In this document: positions 58,489 through 64,000 of the stretch, one piece after another
Layout of the letters: each line of letters starts with the position of its first letter
Numbering within the stretch: the stretch's first letter is position 1
Assembly: GCA_963555815.3 (NCBI GenBank)
Contig: CAUVWX020000002.1
Span: 64,001 to 128,000 of the forward strand
Origin: a bacterium
GTDB taxonomy: Bacteria > UBA8248 > JACPRG01 > G963555815
Direction of reading: 5' to 3'
DNA length: 64,000 bases
The notes under the pieces: generated by a model
The model's database searches: none
Seen by the model: only the letters and a program-made list of their open reading frames with translations
What the model was told of the DNA's origin: nothing
Program-made: the position numbers and the translations under genes

Positions 58489-59280
58489 TTGAATCGGCGA
58501 AGGTTCTTAAAAGTGCTGACAGGGGCGATGGCTTGGCCTTGGGTGGAAAATCTTGTGGTCCCTCGTCTGGTTCTGGGCCAAGGCTTGGGAGTTGACGACG
58601 CAGCCCGCAGCCCAGAGAATTTCGTCTTCGCCCAACTTCAATACCGAGGGGGTTCCTGGGATCCGCACCCCCTGGCCTATCCCACGCTGCTTCAGGAGGT
58701 CATGGACCGCACGAGTGTCGAAGCTGACCTGCAGCGCAAGATTCTGCGGCCGGGGGACCCCCAGATCTTTTCCTATCCCTTTCTCTATCTTGCGGGCGCT
58801 GAGGCCTTTGAGCCGTTCAGCCGGGAGGAGCGAACCCTCCTTCGGAGGTTTCTCGAGAGCGGCGGTTTTCTCCTGGCCGATGACGCCGCCGGTGTTGTCG
58901 AGAGCGGCTTCGACGCCTCCTTCCGGGAGGAGATGCGAAACCTCTTTCCCCAAATCGATCTTCAGCGTCTTTCCTCTAATCACACGGTTTTCCGAACCTT
59001 CTATCTCGTAAAGCAAGTCGCCGGGCGGCGAATCGTCCGCCCCTATCTGGAGGGGATCACCATCGGGGACGTAACACCCGTGATCTATGCTCGTAACGAC
59101 CTTGGCGGGGCCTGGGAACGAGACCTGGCTGGACACTGGCTATACCCCTGCGAACCCGGCGGAGAGCCGCAGCGCCGTGAGGCCTTCAAATTGGGGGTCA
59201 ACCTCGTGCTCTACACCCTGACGGCTACCTACAAGGATGACGATATTCACACGCCTTTCATCAGACGGCGCGTGGGATAG
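58489..59280 (+). CDS. DUF4159-domain protein with twin-arginine signal
   Basis: TTG start with AAGGAG RBS; NRRRFLK Tat motif; YPFLY, GGFLLADD, NDLGGAW and GVNLVLY..T..YK.D motifs. Confidence 0.88.
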   Translation: MNRRRFLKVLTGAMAWPWVENLVVPRLVLGQGLGVDDAARSPENFVFAQLQYRGGSWDPHPLAYPTLLQEVMDRTSVEADLQRKILRPGDPQIFSYPFLYLAGAEAFEPFSREERTLLRRFLESGGFLLADDAAGVVESGFDASFREEMRNLFPQIDLQRLSSNHTVFRTFYLVKQVAGRRIVRPYLEGITIGDVTPVIYARNDLGGAWERDLAGHWLYPCEPGGEPQRREAFKLGVNLVLYTLTATYKDDDIHTPFIRRRVG

Positions 59281-59294
59281 CGGATGGGATCGCC

Positions 59295-61580
59295 ATGAAT
59301 CCAGACTCCTTTGTCCGGGAAACCTTCTACTGGGGTCAGACGCCTTCTCTGGCCTGGTTTCTGCCCCTTTCGATTTCTGCCCTGGTCCTCCTTCTCGCCT
59401 ATGTGTTCTGGACTCGACAGCGGTTGGGGACGCCGATGGCCCTAGCCTTGGCGGGTCTCAGGTTCCTCACTTTTGGGGTCCTCCTCAGCTTTTTCTTTCA
59501 TCCCACGCTCCTTCGACAAACCTTGAGACGCCTTCCCTCCGAGGTGGCCGTTCTGGTAGACACGTCCGGTAGCATGGACATCCGGGAAAAGGGTGCGAAG
59601 GAGACGCGCCTCGAGCGGGCGAAGGCGCTCCTCTCAGCAGAGGACTCACCGCTTCGCCGCATCCTCTCTGAGGCGGGAAGGATCCACTACTTCGCCTTTG
59701 ACCGAAAGACCAAAACCCTTCGGGAGGCCGATCTTCCCGGGCTGGAGGCCGAAGGAACGGGGACGGATATCACGGAGGCCCTGGATGAAATAAAGAGGGC
59801 CTTCCCGGGAACTCCCCTCTCGGCGGCCATCCTCCTGAGCGATGGAGCGGCGAATCTGGGCGCCTCGGAGGGGGTTGGGGCGGCCGAGGGTTTCGGGGCC
59901 CCTGTGGTGGCCATCGGGGTGGGGGATCGATCCAGGTTCAAGGACCTGCAGGTCCTCGACCTGAACGCGCCAGACCTGGCCTTTATCGACCACGAGGCGA
60001 ACGTCCGCTTCAAGGTGCGGGCCCTCGGGTTCCAGGGAAAGCGGGTGCCCCTGGTCCTCAAGAGGGAGGGCCAGGTCATCGCCACCCGGGTCCTCACTGT
60101 TTCGGAGGATTCCTCTGAGCAGGAAGTGGAGTTCAAGTTTGTCCCCCAGGAGGTCGGCCAATTCCGGTTCTCCGTGGAGGTCGCCTTCCAGGTGGGCGAG
60201 CACAGTCGCGATAACAATTCGCGCTCCTTTCCCCTTCAAGTCTTGCGGGATAAACTCCGCATCCTCTATGTGAGCGGGCGGCCCTCTTGGAATTACCGCT
60301 TTTTCCGGCAGGCCTTGAAGGGCGAGCCCGGCTTTGACCTCGTTTCCTTCGTCATCCTGCGCACCATCACCGATTCGGTTGACATCCCCCAGAACGAGCT
60401 GAGTCTGATCTCCTTCCCTACGGAGCGAATCTTTACCAAAGAGCTCCAGAATTTTGACCTCCTCATCTTCGACAACTTCTCCTTCCGAGTCTATTTCCCC
60501 TATTACTATCTGGAGAACATTGCCCGGTACGTTGAGCAGGGGGGGGCCTTCCTCATGCTGGGAGGGGAGGACTCCTTCGGGGGAGGCGGCTATGCCAACA
60601 CCGCCGTGGAGGCCATCCTTCCGGTGGAGCTCAACCGCCCGGCGCAGCCTTATGTCGTCGCCCCGGTGCAGCCAAGCCTGAGCAGTACCGGAAAGACTCA
60701 CCCCATCACCCAGCTCTCACCGGACCCCGAAGAAAACCTCAGGATCTGGTCGCGCCTGCCCGCCCTTCGTGGCTATAACCCGACCCTTCGGACCAAGCCG
60801 GAGGCGACGGTCCTGGCCGTCCTGGGGACAGAGGAAGGCCCGGGAGAATTTGGCTCGCCTCTCATGGCAGTGATGGATTCAGGCCGGGGGAGGACGATGG
60901 CCATCCTCACGGATTCCCTCTGGCGGTGGAACTTTGAGATGGTTGGGGCGGGGTTGGGAAATCAGCCCTATCTGCGGCTGGTGAAGAGTGCCATTCACTG
61001 GCTCTCCCGGTCTCCTTCGCTGGATCGGGTCCGCCTCTCCTCCCTTCAGAGCCACTACCGGACCGGGGAGGAAGTGGAGATCCGCCTGCGCATTCTCGGT
61101 GAGGACTACCGCCCCTCCCCGGCGGGCGAGGTGGTGGGCTCTCTCATGGACCCAAACGGGCTTCAAGTTCCCCTTCGGTTCGAGGCCGCCAGCGAGCCCG
61201 GCCTCTATGTGGCCCGCTCCCTTCTCAAAGTTCTTGGTCCCTATCGGGTCTCGGCAGAGGCCCGTCGGGGAGATATGACGCTGGGGACCAGCGAGATTTC
61301 CCTGACCGCGCAACGCTTTGACCTGGAGGCGGAGGACGCGTCCCCCCGTGGGGAGTATCTTCGCGCCTTGGCCCGGGCCGCGCGCGGGGCTTATTTTGAG
61401 GCTTCGGCCTTTGATGACACCTCTGCCGAGGAGGTGGGCCGCCTTCTTGAAGGACGGGCCCGGCACGACCTGGTGGAGGAGCGGGAGCTGCCCTTGTGGC
61501 GGATTGAATATGTCTTCGCCGCCCTTGTCCTTCTTCTGGGCCTCGAATGGGTGCTTCGCCGAAGGAGGGGGCTTTCTTGA
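59295..61580 (+). CDS. Membrane protein with vWA and class-I GATase-like domains
   Basis: DTSGSM, LSDG, LSLISFP, GGAFLMLGG..SF, WRW and C-terminal EWVLRRRRGL motifs. Confidence 0.85.
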   Translation: MNPDSFVRETFYWGQTPSLAWFLPLSISALVLLLAYVFWTRQRLGTPMALALAGLRFLTFGVLLSFFFHPTLLRQTLRRLPSEVAVLVDTSGSMDIREKGAKETRLERAKALLSAEDSPLRRILSEAGRIHYFAFDRKTKTLREADLPGLEAEGTGTDITEALDEIKRAFPGTPLSAAILLSDGAANLGASEGVGAAEGFGAPVVAIGVGDRSRFKDLQVLDLNAPDLAFIDHEANVRFKVRALGFQGKRVPLVLKREGQVIATRVLTVSEDSSEQEVEFKFVPQEVGQFRFSVEVAFQVGEHSRDNNSRSFPLQVLRDKLRILYVSGRPSWNYRFFRQALKGEPGFDLVSFVILRTITDSVDIPQNELSLISFPTERIFTKELQNFDLLIFDNFSFRVYFPYYYLENIARYVEQGGAFLMLGGEDSFGGGGYANTAVEAILPVELNRPAQPYVVAPVQPSLSSTGKTHPITQLSPDPEENLRIWSRLPALRGYNPTLRTKPEATVLAVLGTEEGPGEFGSPLMAVMDSGRGRTMAILTDSLWRWNFEMVGAGLGNQPYLRLVKSAIHWLSRSPSLDRVRLSSLQSHYRTGEEVEIRLRILGEDYRPSPAGEVVGSLMDPNGLQVPLRFEAASEPGLYVARSLLKVLGPYRVSAEARRGDMTLGTSEISLTAQRFDLEAEDASPRGEYLRALARAARGAYFEASAFDDTSAEEVGRLLEGRARHDLVEERELPLWRIEYVFAALVLLLGLEWVLRRRRGLS

Positions 61581-61753
61581 AAAGAGTGGATCTCTCAGGT
61601 TGAACTTTCGTCGAGGGTGGGGCTTATAATTGCTAAAGTCATCCGTGGCAGGCGGGGTGTCCCGCCCCGGAGGAGAGGTCGTGGACGAAGGCTTCGAAGG
61701 TCAACGCTTAGGGGAGAAAGAGAGAAGTTCGATGGCAATACCAACTACGCCCC

Positions 61754-62557
61754 GTGGCAGGTGGTGACGTGAACCTTCGGGTGGAGACAACCCCCCGCAG
61801 GTCTCGGCGCACCCTGGGAGTGGTCCTCGCGGTCCTTGGGGTGTTTATGCTGACCGCCTGCGCCAGGACCGTCAAAGAGCGTTCTCTCGAACGCTCCAGC
61901 GTGCTTTGGGATTTTCGGGTGGATATCCCCTCTGACCCATGGGAGGAGGGGCTTGGGGTGTCCCCCTTCGTTCAGCGGGAGACGAGTGTTCTCACGGATT
62001 TGGCCTATCACAATCCCTTCACCGGGGGGGCCATCTTCCTTCGGGTCCGTCCCCTCTGGTTTCGCTACGGGGATTTTAGCATGGAGGATCATGCCCGGGG
62101 GGCCTATCGGGCCTTTATCGAGATTGAAGGAAACGATCTCCGGGTCTATAAGGACGGCCATTTCGTGCCGCTGGAAGAGGGGTGGCAAACGAAGAACGTG
62201 GCGGGGAAGTATCAGAAGATTGAGATCCCCTTGAGGGGGAGCATCTCCCGATTCGAGGAGGTGGATGAGGAGGCCGAGAAGAGGAGGGTTGAAGCGGAGG
62301 TGGAGGAAGAAGAGGAAGAAGAGGATAAGTTCGGCCCGGAGGACAGGATCGAGGAGCAACGAAGGAGGAATGCGCTGAGGCGCACACTATCCCGGATCAC
62401 CCAGGACACTTTGGCCAAGATTGTCATCATCTTGCGGCGTTCCGTTCCCTCCGATCTTCTCTATGCGTTTTATTTCGTCGGCCACGAGCTGGCCTCTCCG
62501 CAGGACCTCGAGGCTTTTGACCGCCTCGTGGAAAGTTTTGAGATATCGAGGAAGTAG
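61754..62557 (+). CDS. Hypothetical lipoprotein
   Basis: Hydrophobic stretch ending in the lipobox LTAC; acidic coil; TATAAT at 61625-61630 upstream. Start codon uncertain. Confidence 0.6.
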   Translation: MAGGDVNLRVETTPRRSRRTLGVVLAVLGVFMLTACARTVKERSLERSSVLWDFRVDIPSDPWEEGLGVSPFVQRETSVLTDLAYHNPFTGGAIFLRVRPLWFRYGDFSMEDHARGAYRAFIEIEGNDLRVYKDGHFVPLEEGWQTKNVAGKYQKIEIPLRGSISRFEEVDEEAEKRRVEAEVEEEEEEEDKFGPEDRIEEQRRRNALRRTLSRITQDTLAKIVIILRRSVPSDLLYAFYFVGHELASPQDLEAFDRLVESFEISRK

Positions 62558-62639
62558 ACATTCTCCCGCCTTGCTCCCGATGGTTGGATTCCCAGTGGTG
62601 GAGGACCCAGGGAAAACTGGGTCAACCAGTCTTTAGACC

Positions 62640-63188
62640 GTGAAGTGGCCCTTTGTCATCGGTGTCCTCTCGGATACCCATGGGTACCTTGACCCGCAGG
62701 TCTTCTCCCTTTTTAAGGATGTGGACCACATCCTCCACGCGGGGGACCTCGGCTCTGAAGAGGTGGCCGTCGAGCTCGAGGCCCTGGCGCCCCTGACGGC
62801 CGTTTCAGGGAATGTGGATGGCCACCTCCCCCCTGGACGGTTTCCTCCCTTCAAGCGTTTTAAGGCGAGAGGATGGAGTTTCCTCGTTACGCACGAGGCC
62901 CTGATGGGAGATCGGATGGTTGGGGAGCTGGAGCGGGTCCTAGAGCTTGAGCGGGCCGACGTGGTTATCTTTGGCCATTCCCATCAGCCCTTCTATGGTC
63001 AGATTGGGGACCAATACCTCTTCAACCCTGGCGCCGCCGGGAAGAAGAGATTTCGCCTCCCAAGGACGGTGGGGCGCCTGGTGATGGAAAAGGAGGGGAC
63101 CTTGAGGGGCTCCGTTATCTCACTGGAGGGTGAATCCGGGGATGAGGGAACCTTTGTGGTCAGGGGCCCTCTCGGGGGAGAGAAGTAG
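62640..63188 (+). CDS. YfcE/MJ0936-family metallophosphoesterase
   Basis: SDTH, HAGD, GNVD, GHSH.P and NPG motifs. Confidence 0.92.
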   Translation: MKWPFVIGVLSDTHGYLDPQVFSLFKDVDHILHAGDLGSEEVAVELEALAPLTAVSGNVDGHLPPGRFPPFKRFKARGWSFLVTHEALMGDRMVGELERVLELERADVVIFGHSHQPFYGQIGDQYLFNPGAAGKKRFRLPRTVGRLVMEKEGTLRGSVISLEGESGDEGTFVVRGPLGGEK

Positions 63189-63288
63189 AGACGGGAGAGG
63201 CGGGGGCTTGCCAATCGGGTGGGGGGGACTATATGTTTTGTTTTTATAAGGCTATCGAAGAGCTGGGCTTCACAACGGAGGTGAGTCC

Positions 63289-64000
63289 ATGGGAGTAATC
63301 CTGGCGAAGACGGCGGGTTTTTGCTGGGGCGTGAAGCGCGCCATTGACATCGCCCTCGATACGGCCAGCGAGGCAGAGGGCAAGGTCTACACCCACGGCC
63401 CTCTCATTCATAACCCACAGGCCGTTCAGTTCCTGGAACAGAAGAATGTTCAGGTCCTGCCGGCTGAGGAACACCCTCAAGAGGGAACGGTGGTGATCCG
63501 GGCCCACGGTGTCTCCCCTCAGACCCGGGCCGAGATCAAGAGCTGGGGGCTGGCATTCAAGGACGCGACCTGTCCTATTGTGGCCCAGGTCCAGGGGGTC
63601 ACGAAAAAGTACGCCCGAAAGGGCTACACGACCGTCATCATCGGTGAGGTAGGACACCCCGAGATCGTGGGCCTCCTGGGCTTTTCTCAGGGAAGGGGGA
63701 TCGTGGTCCGGTCCATTGAAGATGTGAAGCGCCTTCCCCCCTTGGAAAAGGTCAATGTGGTCGCCCAGACGACGACCAACACGCTGGAGTTTAAAAAGAT
63801 CGTTAAGGCGCTGGAGGAAAAATATCCTGGCTGCCTCGTCCATAACACCATCTGCCAGGACACCATCGACCGGCAAGAAGAGATCGTGACGCTGGCCCAG
63901 GCCGTGAACGCCTTGGTGGTCGTCGGAGGGTACAACAGCGGCAACACCCAGCGCTTGGCCGAGATCTCACGCTCTTTCGGGACCCCCACCTTTCACGTGG
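63289..64000 (+). CDS. ispH: 4-hydroxy-3-methylbut-2-enyl diphosphate reductase, partial
   Basis: Manual translation MGVILAKTAGFCWGVKRA..LIHNP..IRAHG..DATCP..HPE..QTT..TIC..VGGYNSGNT; absent from the ORF track because it is truncated. Confidence 0.95.
   Translation, partial: MGVILAKTAGFCWGVKRAIDIALDTASEAEGKVYTHGPLIHNPQAVQFLEQKNVQVLPAEEHPQEGTVVIRAHGVSPQTRAEIKSWGLAFKDATCPIVAQVQGVTKKYARKGYTTVIIGEVGHPEIVGLLGFSQGRGIVVRSIEDVKRLPPLEKVNVVAQTTTNTLEFKKIVKALEEKYPGCLVHNTICQDTIDRQEEIVTLAQAVNALVVVGGYNSGNTQRLAEISRSFGTPTFHV

Noticed and set aside
59646..60701. 351-aa minus-strand ORF
   Set aside because: Antisense shadow of the vWA/GATase gene.
63244..63876. 210-aa minus-strand ORF
   Set aside because: Antisense to ispH, which has all expected motifs on the plus strand.
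1..64000. CRISPR arrays, tRNA/rRNA, IS elements, prophage
   Set aside because: No regularly spaced repeats, cloverleaf or rRNA signatures, transposase, integrase or phage genes seen by eye; short or divergent elements could have been missed.

Overview
A GC-rich chromosomal window from a probably diderm, hopanoid-producing bacterium (Omp85-type barrel, HldE-like kinase, PxxKW Cys-rich protein); the taxon cannot be determined from the sequence. Contents from left to right: (1) The start of the dcw operon on the minus strand (mraZ with its operator/promoter, then rsmH), with an unannotated 53-aa Flp pilin gene between them. (2) A degenerate CobS homolog, panB behind a pan-like RNA element and terminator, pepA and ubiX. 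(3) A GlcD-like oxidase, squalene-hopene cyclase, an HpnG-like phosphorylase and a membrane sulfatase-fold protein. (4) An Omp85 barrel, an HldE-like kinase, inositol monophosphatase and a DUF3090/SCO1664 pair. (5) A ~19 kb surface-glycosylation region: carbamoyltransferase, GT2, GDP-sugar enzymes including a His-type (ColD/E1-like) PLP enzyme, six multi-TM GT-C/ArnT-like genes, an SGNH remnant and ino1. (6) Glutaredoxin and a trp operon with an unannotated WW leader peptide and attenuator, interrupted by two foreign genes. (7) Radical SAM, KamA, MBL and MEMO1 genes. (8) A seven-gene DUF4175/TPR-peptidase/MoxR/DUF58/BatA-vWA/DUF4159/vWA-GATase system, then a lipoprotein, a metallophosphoesterase and partial ispH. 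Reading-frame breaks cluster at 16.5-37 kb and may be assembly errors or real decay/phase variation. No rRNA, tRNA, CRISPR array or transposase was seen. All family calls come from motif recognition, not database searches.
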